Positions 25,751 to 40,964 of a stretch of 64,000 nucleotides of DNA are shown piece by piece; within the stretch, counting starts at the first letter, position 1; the number at the start of each line of letters is the position of its first letter. The notes beneath the pieces were generated by a model. It was not told where the DNA came from. It worked only from the letters and a program-made list of their open reading frames with translations, and did no database searches. This stretch comes from Schmidtea polychroa (taxonomy: Eukaryota): assembly GCA_044892525.1 (NCBI GenBank), contig CM097885.1, forward strand, positions 21,330,001-21,394,000, written 5' to 3'. Position numbers and translations under genes: made by a program.

Positions 25751-28700
25751 TAATAATAATAAATAATAATAATAAGAATGAATATTACTAATAAATAATA
25801 TTAAAAATTATAAAAATAAATAATTTAAATAATAATTATGAAAATAATTAAAATTATCATTAGTAATAATAATAATTTTAAGAAAACTCAATATTAAATA
25901 TTATTAAATAATAAAAAAATATTAATAAAAATATAATTAAAAAATGACTATTACTAATTATGATAAATAATATTAATTATAATAATAAAATTAAAATTAA
26001 TAAAAATAAATATATAATTATAAAATAAATATTAATTTATAATATTATTAAAAATAATAAAATATTAATAATAATAATAAATTATAAATAATAATAATAT
26101 TAATAATAATAATAAAATGAATATTACTAATTATAATAAATAATATTATTATAAATTATAAAAATAAATAATATAATAATAATAATTATAAAAATTATAG
26201 ATATTAAATTTACATTTTGCTAGGAGCCTGTTGTCCGTAGAATAATGTCGATCCTGCAACGCGATAAACGCTTTCGGGGATTTCAGAAATTGTGTTAAAA
26301 GATTCGGAAATTTGAGTTGAATTCTTGATACCATTTTGAATCCTTAGTGTAAAAAATAACAAAACATTTCAAAAAATACCCAACTAACTCGTTAAGCTTA
26401 TCTGCAATGACTGCTGTGGCAAAAGGTGAAATTTTTGTTAGTACAGATGGCACTGCTAAAAGTGACATTATTCTACTCTTTAAAGACTCATATCTCGGAT
26501 CACATAGACCTGACGTGGAATTATCCAATTGCATGAAATCTATAAATGATTTTCTATTTGAAAAATTTAGAGTTTCATTTTACCTTTGTTAGTAGAATAT
26601 TCCCCTCGTTTTAAATAATTGACAGGATGATCATATCTATAATAAATATATTTTAATTCATGATGAAGTAATTTTATATTGGTTTAGAAATTCGGTGAAC
26701 AGACATAATTTACATTAATTTAAATTTTTGTTTTAGGTGGTTTTTACATTTAAACTTTCGAAATTAAACTTTTCGAAACAATAGTAAAAGTGATGCCCAT
26801 TTAAATTTATTTGACAATCTTTTATCGTTTTCAAAACTGATCTATTTTTCATTTATTAATTCCTTTTTACAGACTTAAAAACAATATTCAAATAATATAT
26901 TGATTTATTATCGATACTACAATTTACAAAATCTCATTATACCATTAGTTTGTTAGAAATCGGAGTAAGAGCAGCAGTTTTATAATGGATTACTAGATTA
27001 GTTTCTCGGAGGACTTTTAGTTCTCTATTAATTAATTTTTTTATTCACAAATGTATTTTACTTATACATTTACTTACTTGATTAACTAACCGTATTTTCT
27101 TAAATTTGTACTCCAAATTTTGTCTGTGATTTTTGTATTCAATTTTATTGTTTTTTATCCACTTTTCATCTAGTTTTAATTGAGCAATTTCCGATATTTT
27201 ATTGTTAATTGCCAAGTGTTATATCGGCTGTTGCCTAGTTTCTGTGTCGAAAATGGAATTCTCGGGGCAACAACCATTAAGAAGGAATTTTGTTATTAAT
27301 AAATCGTATAGGGGAATCTTGTTATTTCTTTGTAATCAAGCAAAATGATAAATGTATAGAATTGCTACAGAAAATACAAAATAAATTTTCAAAACTAAAT
27401 TTCAATTGGATTAAATGTGTATTATTCTGGGGTCAAGAAACACAGAGAAATATCAATTGAATCCAAATTAATGAGGAATACGGGTGTCGGAAAATCATGT
27501 TATGACTATTTATATAAAAGCCAGGAGAGGATACTAAAAAAATTATGAGGGAAACTATGAAGAGAATGGAAAATAAAGAAAACATCGATTGGTGGTTGTG
27601 ATATTATATTAAATTGTTAGTGTATCAATATGTTTGATTATCAAATAAAATCAGTTATTGTGCTAGGAAGTGAGTAAGTACATTTAGTTAAAAGCGAATT
27701 TTATTATAGAGCAATTTTATGGTAATTGTCTTAATACAATTTATTGTATTTTCAATTCAAACTATAGATCAATAATTTAATTTATACTAAATTAATCTAT
27801 AATGAAAATAATCGATCAATGGTAAATATGATAAAAGATATCGAGCAATTGTTATAGAGCAATTTTACGTTAATTGTCATAATACATTTCAGAATATAGA
27901 TCAATAATTTAATTTATATTAAATTAATCTATAATGAAAATAATCGATCAATGGTGAATATGATAAAAGATTTTACAAAGACTATTTATATATTAATATT
28001 TAGAAATTTCCTGAAAATGGGTTTATTAAATTAGTAAATTATTTTAAATGAGAAATTTGGAAGAATTTGGTAAATTATTATATTAAAATGATAATTTGCT
28101 TTAAACACGAATAACAGGGAAAACATCATATAAATATCACATAATTACTTTCTCATAATCAATATGGTAGTGCTAATTAGCAGTAATAAATGAATGGATC
28201 TTTAGAAGTATCCAATGATTACATTAAATTGAGATGCATTTTATAGGTATTTTATCGGTTTTGTTATTCAAAATTTATATTAAAAATCCTAAATACTCAC
28301 TTTAATCGAACCATGCGACAGAATTCCTCTTCGCCTTGTTCTAAGAGATTTTGCTTTTGTAAGAGAAGAGCCCTTAGTAAATGTAAAGTAGCTCTATTTG
28401 GGGTCATTACTTTATTGCTGGATAATGAATCTACTGATTTCTTGTCTGATAAGCATAATTCATCGGATATGGGAAAATTTTGCTGTGATTCCAAAATTTT
28501 AATAACTTTTTTGGAATTTAATGCAATATATTTTGGATTGGATAAATTCTTATATAAATCAATAGGCAAATTTTCAGTGATGAAACATTTTTGTTTCTAG
28601 GATAACAAATGAGATAAATGATTAATATTCCATCGATTCTACTTTTTCAGGGGGATAAGTTCTATAAATAGCTGGAATTGTATTTCTGTATATTAAAAGT

Positions 28701-31700
28701 TCTGCAATTTGTTCTCGCTTGCTGGCTAAATTATTAGTAAAATGTACCGTGAGACTTTTTTTACAAAGTTCCATGTCATCTAGGTGGTAAATATATTGCA
28801 CCATCAGTTTAAGAAAATGCGGCAACATCTGAAATTTTGTCAGTTTCTAATTATCAATTGCTAATTTAATTACTTTTTCTATAATACATGCTTGAGACAT
28901 AATCTTAATATCATGTGTTCGTTCAAGGAAACTTATAGCATAATCAAAAGACGAGACAAATTTGCCTTCAACAGTCAATAACTTTTCAATGCAGGTTTTA
29001 TCATAGGAAGAAATTTTCGGATGGTTTGATAAATTAATAAGTCGCTTTTTCAATGAGATACTAACAGCATTTCGTATCTTTGTAAAGTGATATATATGCA
29101 TGTATTATTATGGAAAAAAATATAACAGAAATACTTCAAAATTTTTAACATTTGCACTGAGACACCTCAAATCTGAGTTTGCCGTTTCGGGTTTTTTCAG
29201 AACATTTTCGGGACGGTGAATATATTTTTCAAATTGTCGAGGAATAAATATTCCGTTTTGAAAATCAACAAAAAACCAAAGAAATTCCATAAGATTTGGA
29301 TCGTTTGAATCATTAATAAATTTAGTTATTAAATTGGAATCTCGGCCTTCTATCTAAAAGGAGGGAGGGAAAATTTATTAAATTGAAAAAGAAATATTAA
29401 ATGTTAAAGGAAAAGAATTCAAAACCTATTGAAAAAAAAGTAATATTTGATGTATTAAGAATCCAGAAATAATTGAAATTTTTTTGGAATTTATGATTGA
29501 AGTGTTTAAGATACCTCATCCTAATCAAATTCTTTGCAAAGTTTGCAAAGACAATATTTTACATGTTACTGATCTAAGAAGCCAGTTAAATCCTATTTCA
29601 ATGTTTCTCAGCCATTTTCAGGTCATAGCTCCTATTTACGTCAAAAATATATTGTTTTCACAAAATAATTAAATTAAAAGCCACCACAATGTATCGATAT
29701 TGTTTTAAATAGTCACATAAATGAATTCCTGGGAAAATGTGATTAAATTTAGATAAGCAGTAATCACACATTATTAAAAATATACCTTTCTTATATCAAT
29801 TTATTATATCAATATCAAATTAATTTATTATAGATTTTTATTTTTGTCATGATTTACCTATTGAATATTAATTGTGTTCATATTTTAACATTTTGACCAG
29901 GCTAATTAAATTTTGGTGTTACGGTAGGTGTGAGCTCTAAATGAAACTCCCGTCTCTGTGCCTGCTTTTACACCCCGTTGCATTGGATTAAAATATTATT
30001 GCGTTTGTTGGCAGGATTTGTATCCAAAGAAAAATGATTTATTGTCAAGATTTTATAGTAAATTATAGAAATTTCACATTTTAAGTTATTTATGTGGATT
30101 TTAATGGCAAATTTATCTTTAAAAATGTAAATAATTAAATATAATAATTTTTAAATTTATAAACTCAATCACCCATAATTTACTATTTTATTAAAGATTT
30201 TAAAATATTTTTTAATAATTTTACGAAATATTTTCTTAAAAATGAGTATCTTTGTGATTCTTTATTTTTTGCAGGGGAAATTTATCTTTCATTGTCGCAC
30301 ATAATACTGAAACTGGTAGAACACGTGTAAAATTACCAAGTGGTCAAAAGAAATTGCTGTTAAGCTCTGATTGGAACTGTTTCTGGTGATGAAAAAATTC
30401 TATCATAAAGCAATGCCCCATTCAATAACATTGGGTTTTTGTTCTGTAATAAATATTGTCCTAGATCACAAAATTCCATCTTTGGCAGGATTTTAGCCTT
30501 CGTCCATTTACTATGATATTTTCAACGTCCAACAAAAAATAACTATAAACTTTAAACCTAAAAAAGCAACTTCTAATCATTATACCGAATTCACTGAGTT
30601 GTGACAGCATAATTTAACAGCATAATAATATTCAATTCATATGTAAAACACATGTATAATTTGCATCATATTGTATGGACTTGTATGATGTATAAAATGT
30701 TTAAAATATTGATTGTATAAAAATTGAAAATTTTGAAAATCAATAACTTCTAAAAACTTCACATATTTTTCATTATTAGTTCAATAATCTAGTGAACTTT
30801 GGAGAATTGAAAATTGAAAATTTGAAAAAGTCAATAACTTCAAAGTGCTTTATATATCATTTTGTAGAGAATTTTAATGTGTCAAACAACTAAGAGTACT
30901 TTGATAACTATCGAATAGATTGAAGTTTTCAAATTTTGCGCGCCAAAATCTAAAATATTTAAACAAAACATAAATTTCCGAAAATTATCCAGCTTTCGGG
31001 TGTCATTAAAAATCAGACTGTTTTTATCAAATTCCTTTTAAATTACCGCCACTAATTTAAAAATCTGGATTTATATGTTAGATTTGGTTATCCTGGTCAT
31101 TATTTGCTATTTGTCGTAGCATTCAAATCTATGCATGAATATTTTATAATTTATATATAGATATATAATTAAATATTATATATATATGAATGTTATTCAA
31201 AATTTATTCAAATAAAAAAACTTACCAATTCTGTCGCATCGGCTTCTGGATCAATGGAGCCGTTCAATTTCAGCCTCCTACATAGAGCAACAAAAAATGA
31301 TGTCTTAAATATGATATTTTTTATTTTGGTGAAAATGGCAGTTTGTTCGTGAGAAATGTCAGATAGCAATGAAGTAGTTTGGCAATCTGATGTTGAATTC
31401 TAAGAATATTTTAATTGGACGAAAAACGAAATTGCAGCAAAAAAAACCTTTTGGTATTTAGAGTTAAGGCATAAATAAAACTTATTCCACAGACAGAACC
31501 ATTTACAAAGAGTGTAATATCTTCTTCGAATAATCAATGGGCAGCGATTCCTGAAATATTTTATGATACTTTTGTATAAATTCAAATCGCTGGTGATTTC
31601 TTCGATTTTTTCATTGCCATGCCATAATTCACGAAATGTCGGTCTAAGATAGAGCCATAACTGTCGGTCTTCGGTGTAAGTCCATGGATAATAATCTTCA

Positions 31701-34700
31701 ACTATTTCACAGTAACGCTGTTGACATTGCTCGATTGTTCTTAGTTCCATTTCCTGAGATATGTTAGCCCAATTTTCCGTTCCTATTCGTTTGATGAGTA
31801 ACAATAGTTTATGATCTTCAGCATCAGTAAAATTTCGATTATTAACTTGCAACTAAAAATACCAGTTTGAAATTGTGGTGGAAAAATGAAAATAAAAGAA
31901 ACGAATAAAAAAGGTAAAAAGCGAGATTGAAAAACTAAGATTCTTACTGAATTCCAACGCTTTTCACAATCTCTAGCTGATCTGTTGGAAATACTAAGTG
32001 CGACTTTATTCCAGTTTACTGTCTTATTATAATCATCTTTTTCCTTGATTCGACTAACCACCTCACACAAATATGAATCTTCCTCAGCACCCCATTCTTG
32101 ACACTAATTAATGATTAATTTGGTTGAAGGATATATGAAAGTACAGATTCCATTTTACTAGTTAACTCAAGCCACTTTTTAAAGCACCGAAATGGTTGGA
32201 TTTTCATTGGCATTTTTGATGCAATTTCTACCCAATGTCCTTGGGAACCTATTTCTGACGCTAAACGCAGTAGTTCTTGGCACTCATAATCTGTCCATTT
32301 CGGCACAATAAAATCCGGATTAAATAATTGCGACCAGATTTTACGACAATTTTCAGCTGAAATTCTTCCTTTTAACTGAAAATTTAAATCATTTAAGGCA
32401 GTATTTTAATAATGATCATTTTGTCTTACTACATGGATAAAATGTATAATCCAATAAAAATAAAATGTAATTTCAATCTACGTGAAATAGGCAAACATTT
32501 AGCAAGTATCGAATCTTTGAAAAAAATAATTTCAAAACAAAATATAGACATAAATAGGCATAGATAAAATTAATAAACCATCAAAAGAGCACACTGTGAA
32601 CTATGAATTCGTGTTTGTTGTTATTTCAATCAGTTAAAAATGATTTTAACAAATAAATTAGAAAATTTAAAACAGAAGTGTTGTAACTATTCAATCTTAT
32701 CCGTGCAATTTTTTCACTACGCAATCTTAAGAAGACGATATCAGAATTGGTAAATCTTGATAGGATCTTGACATGACTTTAAGCAAATGTTTAATAAAAT
32801 AAAAATAAAAATTAGAATTAAGAAGTAATTGATATATTTCTTTTTGAAGAGGCTAGTTTATTTTTTTAATATACTCTTAAAATAAAAGTTGTGCTTTGGG
32901 TTAAAAGATTAATTAATTTTTTGTGTAAACACAAAATTGATCCGATTTTAAGAAATTGTATATTTCTTTAGTTGATTTTAAAAACCAAACATAAGTTCAA
33001 CTTTATATAAACCATAAACTTTTTTTAAGGAAATTTAATTTTTAAGCAAATTTATAACAATCGCAACCGAATGAATGAATATATAGAGGGGCTGTGTGTG
33101 TGTGTGTAATTGCTGAGCAGATTTTCAACATTCCGCAATTATTCAATGCAAGATACTATTAATTTATTTATTTTTAATTATATTTGTAATTGTTAAAAAA
33201 TTTCATACCTATTCGGTTTTTTTTTTTCTATGTAAAAGTTCAATAAAGGTCAAACGGTATTATGTTTTCATAGTATAGACCAGTGATGGCGAACCCATGA
33301 CCCGTGGGTCAAGGAGTGACCCACGAAACTATTTTTAAATACCCAAGAGAATGTTTTAAATGTTAGATTTGAATTTTTTTCAAAACACTAAGAAATCCTA
33401 TATATTTATTATAATTGGTTTACAAAAAAAATCATTTTTTTCTTTTAATAAATAGAATCTCAAAAACTATGTATAATAATAATTACTAAAATATAGATGT
33501 CTCCACCGAACAAAAATAAATAATATAAGTTTTAAATATCTACTTATTACTAGAATCTATTGGTATTATAATTAAATATTATTTTTGCAAGTTATTGTTT
33601 TAATATTTTGTAAGTAATTTTAACAATATAAATTTTTTACAAGCCAATTTTTTAGATTTTTGATTATTAGTCCAGGATGTCAATGAGCAAAAAACGTAAG
33701 GCGAATGAAGCAAGTACGGCAAGACTGTGTCATGAAGAATGGTTTTTCAAATTTGAAGTAATTGAAAAAAATAAGAAAACGCTTTGCATTCTGTGCAAAG
33801 AGAACGTCACAACTCGTACTTATAATGTAAAAAGACATTTTGAAACTATTCACAAAAATCTAGTTTCATTAACAGAAGAGAAAAAAGAATTCTTTTCGCA
33901 GGAGTTAAAAAAATATCAAGCTGAAACTTATACGTTGAAATCGTTTGTTGTATCCAAAAAACATATTACGTCAGCTAGTTTTCAGCTGGCACACTCAATT
34001 GCAAAATATGGGAAACCATTATCAGAAGGAGAGTTTTTAAGGAAGCTCTTTTAGATTGCAGCAATTTGTTGTTTTCCGATTTTAAAGAAAAAGATCTAAT
34101 TATAAAACGAATAAAAGAATTGTCAATTAGTCGGAACACAGTAAAAGACAGAATTTTAACTATGGACGGAAATACTTCTATGCAATTAATTGCCGACTTA
34201 AAAAATACTGAAATGTTTTCGGTTTCGTTGGATGAAAGTACCGACATAACTGGTCAGGCACAGGTTGCAATAATTGCTAAATACAAATCTGCGAATATTA
34301 TGAGAAGAATTATTAAAATTAGTAAATTTAACAGGAAAAACAACAGGTATGGATATTATGCATGGATTTAAAGAAGAAATTGAAAAAATGATATAAAGAA
34401 AAATGATATATAAGAAAAATTGATATAAATAAGATTGTTTCCGTAACTACAGATGGTGCTCCAAGCATGGTTAGAAAAAACGTTGGATTTATTACACAGC
34501 TCAAACAATACATTGGACGTCCATTAGTTGAATTTCATTGTATTATTCATCAGGAGGTACTGTGTGTTAAAAAAGGATTACAACCATTTTCCAAAGTTAT
34601 GGCAACAGTGACTAATATTGTCAATTTTATATCTGCAGGAGCACTGAATAGGCGTGAATTCGCTGAATTATTATCCGAAATTGATTCCCAGTATTCAGGA

Positions 34701-37700
34701 CTTTTAATGTATAATAACGTTCGATGGCTCAGCCGCGGTCTAGTTTTAAATCGTTTTGTTAGTCTCCTTGAGGAAATAAAACTATTTTTACACGAAAAGG
34801 ATGTAAATTATCCTGAGCTAACAAATTTACAATGGTTAAATGATCTAATCTTTTTTTGTGATATAACACAGCACTTTAACGAGCTTAATAAGAAACTTAA
34901 AGGACGTGGACAAATTGCTTTAAATATGTATGAAAATATTAAATCGTTTGTGTTAAAATTGGACATTTTTATAAAAGATTTGAATATGAAAACTTTTAAA
35001 TATTTTCCACGTTTACTTGAACACTTTAAAAGTTCAACCATTTTGGGAATAATGTTGAGGTTAACGAGAAAATCAATAACTATGTATTAATTATTAAAGA
35101 AATCAGAGAATCCTTTGAAAACAGATTTATTCAATTTAAACAACAGGAAACTAGTTTACAATTTATCATGTATCCTCATAAAATTGAATTTAAAAATTTG
35201 GAATTAGAGGTCTTCAGTTGGTTGAATATTAATAATTTAGAAATAGAATTGGTAGAATTTCAAAATAGTTTTTTATGGAGAAATAAATTTGAAGATTTAA
35301 CTGCAAAAGTAGAATTAAATAATTCCCAAATTTCTTTTAATGAATCAGCAGAAGAAAATATTATACTCCAAGCGTGGAATTCTATGCCAAATACATTTAT
35401 TTGCATGAACACTTTAGCTAATGCTGTATTAACAATGTTTGGATCGTCTTATTACTGTGAGCAACTATTTTCTTCATTGAATTATATAAAGTCCTGGGAA
35501 AGAAATCGACTTGGAAAAGAAATTACTGCTGCATGTGCGAGATTAAGGACAACATCTTATAAACCAGATATACAAAAATTATCATCTGAAAAGTAGCAGC
35601 AAATTTCACATTAATTTTCTTATATTATTTATTTAAATTATATTTTATTTGTTTGCTGAATTGTTTGTATAATTTTTTTTAAATAAAAGTTAACCAAAAA
35701 AGTAAATATAATAATTGTTTAAATTTTAAAGATACATATGTAGTTAGTTTGACCCGCGACTCCAAATTGAATTTTTTTTTAAATTAATTTTGACCCACCA
35801 GAAAAAAAGGATCGCCATCACTGGTATAGACTGTTGTTTATTTTGCATAAAAATTTCTACATATTTTACACATCATTTTAATAAATGTAAGAGCTGCAAA
35901 AAGATGTGTAGTTTATGGTAGAGAAGCAATAACAGAACGCAGTTGTCAAAATTTGTTTACGAAGTTTTATTCCTGAAATTTCTCGATTCACTCTGCGCCA
36001 TGCTCTGGTAGGCCTACTCAAATTTATGAGAACAAATTGAAAACCTTGATTGAGTCTGGCAACACATTAGCATTTGTGATATGGTAGAGGTTGAATTTGA
36101 GAAATCTGGGATACTCAAAAAGGCTTGACGCAAATCATTTAACAATATTATATAATTTTGTGTATGTTTTTTTAATCAAAGACCATAGCTTTCGTTTCTA
36201 AAGTTATAATTTATATTTAAAATTTAAATGACAGGAGAACAATAATAAAGAAGCATGACGAAGGAACTTATAATTATCAGGCAGATATTGTAATACCAAC
36301 TCATTCAGAATTAGAGCTACTTATTTCAAATCGATTATGGACGTTTTAAACACTAGGAATTCCGACAAAAACTTTAATACGGCGACCAAGTTATTAGTTA
36401 ATTTTATACAGCAGCCAAAAATATTAGAATTGAGGCAAGAAATCCAAAAATATATTGCAGATATTGAACTTTATTTAAGCACTCAATATCGAAGAAAGAC
36501 TGTAGAACAATTTCGTCAGAGCCTTCTTGTCTGGTAAAGCAATAGGGATTTGTGATGTACTCAAATCCGAAGAGTCTTTAGAAGAAATAAGACCTAGAAT
36601 AGAATGCATAAGATTAAAGAATCAGGCGAAACAAACAAATTTGTGGTATTGATAGACAAAAAATGGTAAAAACAGTTAAATATCAAAATTTGTTCAATAT
36701 TCAAAATGGAAAATCATATGAAGAAAACCAAAAGAACCATCAGAAAGCGCAGTACAAAAAGCTGAACTAACAGCATTACAAGAATTCGATGGCAAATAAA
36801 AGATAGCATGAGGACAGAAAAGCAAAAAGGTGAGAATTAAATCAAAGAAATCAATATGAGATTACAAACCAGAACCGAAAGTATTTAGGTTCTGGGCATG
36901 CAAGGGTATTGGTTATTGCAGGCGCGAATATTCGAATGTACACATTGCCACAGACAAGGACACTTCAAATATCATAAAGCGATTAGAGACACGATGGAGA
37001 TACAAAAAAGTCGAGTAATAGTTAGTGATTTTGTGCTAGAACATAAATGCATGGGAACAAAGATATATAATACTCAGCAAAGAGTGTATAAATGAGAATG
37101 ATGTGAATATACGTTTACTATGATATTTTTAATTATTTATCTACAGTAGATATTTTTTTTATTAATACAAATAAATTAAATAATATTTTTAAAATCAATA
37201 ATGACAAGTTGTAATAATGTATTTAAGTTTATGATGTATAATTGTTGTTTTGATCATTTTTGATTCGATATTTCAGTATTTTAATGTTCTTTTGGAAGAA
37301 TTCAATCTTGTTTAAAATTGTAATTTTAAAAAGTTAATAAATTTTTTCGACCCCCTTGTCATTAAAATTTAATTTATTGGATATTTAGAAGATGATATTC
37401 AGCAAACTGTTAATAACAGTGAAGAAATCCTTGTTGTTATTAAAACTGAAAGTATTTTAAATTCAAATCAAAGATGTGAAAAAATGCTATTTCAAATAAA
37501 TTAGCCGAGTTATTAGAACAAATTCAAAATTTGGAGCAAGGCTTGGTTCTCTTAGGAGGTCATAAAATACTTCAGAATACATTAGTCCAAAAGGCCTTTT
37601 AAGTTTATTGAGCTTAGCCACAAAAATGTCTTTTTATGCATTTATTACAATGTCTTGTTGCGAAGAAATGTTGTGCTGAGATGTAACAAAAGAACAAGGA

Positions 37701-40397
37701 CACTTTAATTAGAGAAATGTCTCGAGATGATAAATTAATAGAAATCTCAAACACTTCAATGGCAATTCTAGCGAAAATTTCTTCACAAATATTCGGTGAA
37801 ATCGTTAGATTAATTTTTTCATTTAATTTAATTCATTTGAATTTTTCATGTAATAATTTAATTTCTATGCCTGGAATATTAAAGATTTACCTAAATTGCT
37901 TTTTTACCAAATTGTTCGACAAGTTTTCAAAATTATTGATGATGATCGAATCACAGCGGTAAATATGCATAGCAGCATTACCCGCAGTATGGTATTGGAA
38001 AATATCCAATGCTCATAGTAATGGTGGTTTTTGATATATAATTCTGCGCAGTTTCCAATTTCAATAAATGGAAAACAACGTTCCATTTTTGCATAAGATT
38101 TATATAGATTACGATGAGATCGTCTAACGGCTCACTACAATGTGTTTGAATTATTGTTATATTTTGGCGAGAAATACAAACTGTGGTGAGGGTATAAGTC
38201 AGGATTATACAGTCACTTGAAAAGTCAGCGTAGCATTTTGTTGAAGAGAAATTCCAGCAGGTAATACATTCTATGAAGTACATAGATAGGGCACCGCTAG
38301 ATCATGTGTCCCATGGATCACATAGCCCCCTTCCCTCCTCAGGATAAAATTTTTAAAATTCTTTCCAAGGTCAAATATGTAGGTCAAGGTCGAATATTTT
38401 AAAATTCGACTCATCATTTTATACAACGACATATGACGTAACAAAGACATTTTACGCGATAAAGACATATGACTCATCATATTTTGAATTTCCAAAGGTT
38501 AAATACGGTCATTCGAAAGGTCTTGAAGGGATCTATGCAAAGGTTTCACCCAGGTCCACATGTTACCCTACTCTACTGTTTTTTCTCTTTTTAGCCCCTT
38601 TTCACCAGTCCGATTGGGAATTAAGTGTAACCATGTATAAGCAGAATTTAATTCTCTACAAAATGGCGCAATTACAGATTTAGTTTGTCCCTTTGTGTGT
38701 TATACACACATGTTTTTACTATAAATTTGTATTTTTTCATGCAGTTAATGTAATTTTCTTGGAATTTTATTTATATATTATATAGATAAAATTTAATTTT
38801 CTATAAAATAACTAGATTAAAAAATTCTGTATCTTATTTTGTGTGTAACGTGTTTTACGAAAAATTTGTATTTTACACGTGGTTAAAGTAACTTTTAAAG
38901 TTTATATTTAAATAATATATAGTTAAAATTTAATTTTAATGGCTTGATTCGTGTTTTTATATGTGTTACATGTATGTTTTGTATGATAAATTGTTATTTT
39001 TATACAGTTATCATATCTTTTTAGAATATTTTAATCACATGTTAAAACTTTATTTAAAAATAAATTATATGATTAGAATCGGTATATGTCATATTTTATA
39101 TGATGCACGCGTATTTTTATCGTAAATTTGAATTTTTCATCTATTTTTTCGTGGTTTTAAAGAATTTTTAATATAATCATTAATACATAGAATTTAATTT
39201 TCTATCGATTAGTCTGATTATAATTTTATTTGCACTCTTGTTTTGATTTAAATATTGAATTTTTCTCTATTTTGATGTTTTGTTGATAAATACATCAATG
39301 AATAGTTATAATTTTCTAGAAGATTTGTCCATCAAATATCTAATGTATTCCATATCTCATATATTTTATTTTAATTAATGATTCTTTAATCTAATAATTT
39401 CAGTTTTATTATGCCCTTGTTAAATAAGTCAACTTTAGTGTCAAAATGTATTTTTTAAATATATTTAAGTTTTAAAATACTGCAACGTAATGTATTTTTT
39501 CCTACCCCTCCCTTGATTGGTTAGGAAAATATTTATTTTATTTATAAACAGTTACAATTTTCAAATTTATCACTTTAAAAAATATTTTTACAAAATAAAT
39601 TTTTAAAATCGCTGATTTTTCAAAATGGACGGAGAACAAAATCAAATTTTACGCGCCTTGTTGACTGGAGAGAACAGTAAATTATTTTATTTTTATTAAT
39701 ATTATTTATTATTTTAGAGAATTTATGGTATGAAGTCAACGAGGCCGACAACTATAATCAAGATCTGCCAATTATTATTAGTGACGATAAAGAAGATGTT
39801 TTAAGTAAATTTATTTTTAAAATTTAATTGAAATTAAAAATTATTTAGTTGATCAGACTACTAATGATGGTGAAAATGTTATTGAGGACGATACCCAAGA
39901 TATTATCATGGAATCAATGGGTAAATTTATTTTATTTAATTAATGAATTTACAAAAACTTGAGGTGATGATACTTCAAATGTTGGATATGCCCCAAATAT
40001 TAATGATGTTTCTGATGAATATGCCCTCACGTCTATTGAGGAAGAAATTAATCATGCCTCCGTTTCTTATAGGGATAAATTTGAGGATGATTCCGATATG
40101 GAATCAAAATGTTAGTTATATTATATTATTATTTTTAAAATTGATTTAAAATTAAGATTACATAATTAATTTTGTTCATTAACCACATATAAATTATGAA
40201 AGTGATATTGAAAATAATTATGAAAAAGCTGAAAATTATGAAAATGTTCTTGAAATTATTATGAAACTGTTGAAAATAATGAAAATGGTGAAATTAATAA
40301 GTTGTTATGAAAATAATAATTGAATAGAAATAATAATTGTCAAACGTAGTATGCATTGAGCACTCAACTACTCTCTCTTTATATAATAATAATAAAT

Positions 40398-40456
<59 letters not shown>

Positions 40457-40911
40457 GAATAAGAATCAACGGGTAAATTTATTTTATTTAATTAATGAAT
40501 TTACAAAAACTTGAGGTGATGATACCTCAAATGTTGGATATGCCCAAAATATTAATGATGTTTCTGATGAATATGCCCTCACATCCATTGAGGAGGAAAT
40601 TAATCATTCCTCCGTATCTTATGGGGATAAATTTGAGGATGATTCCGATATGGAATCAAAATGTTAGTTATATTATATTATTATTTTAAAAATTGATTTA
40701 AAATTGAGTTTGATAATTAATTGTTTAATAACCACATATAAATTATGAAAATGATAAAAATTATGAAAAAGCTGAAAATAATGAAAATGTTCCTGAAAAT
40801 GGTGAAATTAATAAGTTGTTATGAAAATAATAATTGAATAGAAATAATAATTATCAAACGTAGTATGCATTGAGCACTCAACTACTCTCTCTTTATATAA
40901 TAATAATAAAT

Positions 40912-40964
<53 letters not shown>

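Noticed and set aside
27219..27221. Apparent in-frame TAA in a SNAPC4 exon (pseudogene or recoding)
   Set aside because: A GT-AG intron from ~27272 to ~27170 removes it in frame; it cannot be decided without transcripts.
36230..38260. Possible Gypsy gag/integrase and ISXO2/Merlin transposase remnants
   Set aside because: Only weak motifs (CTHCHRQGH and others); too decayed to call.
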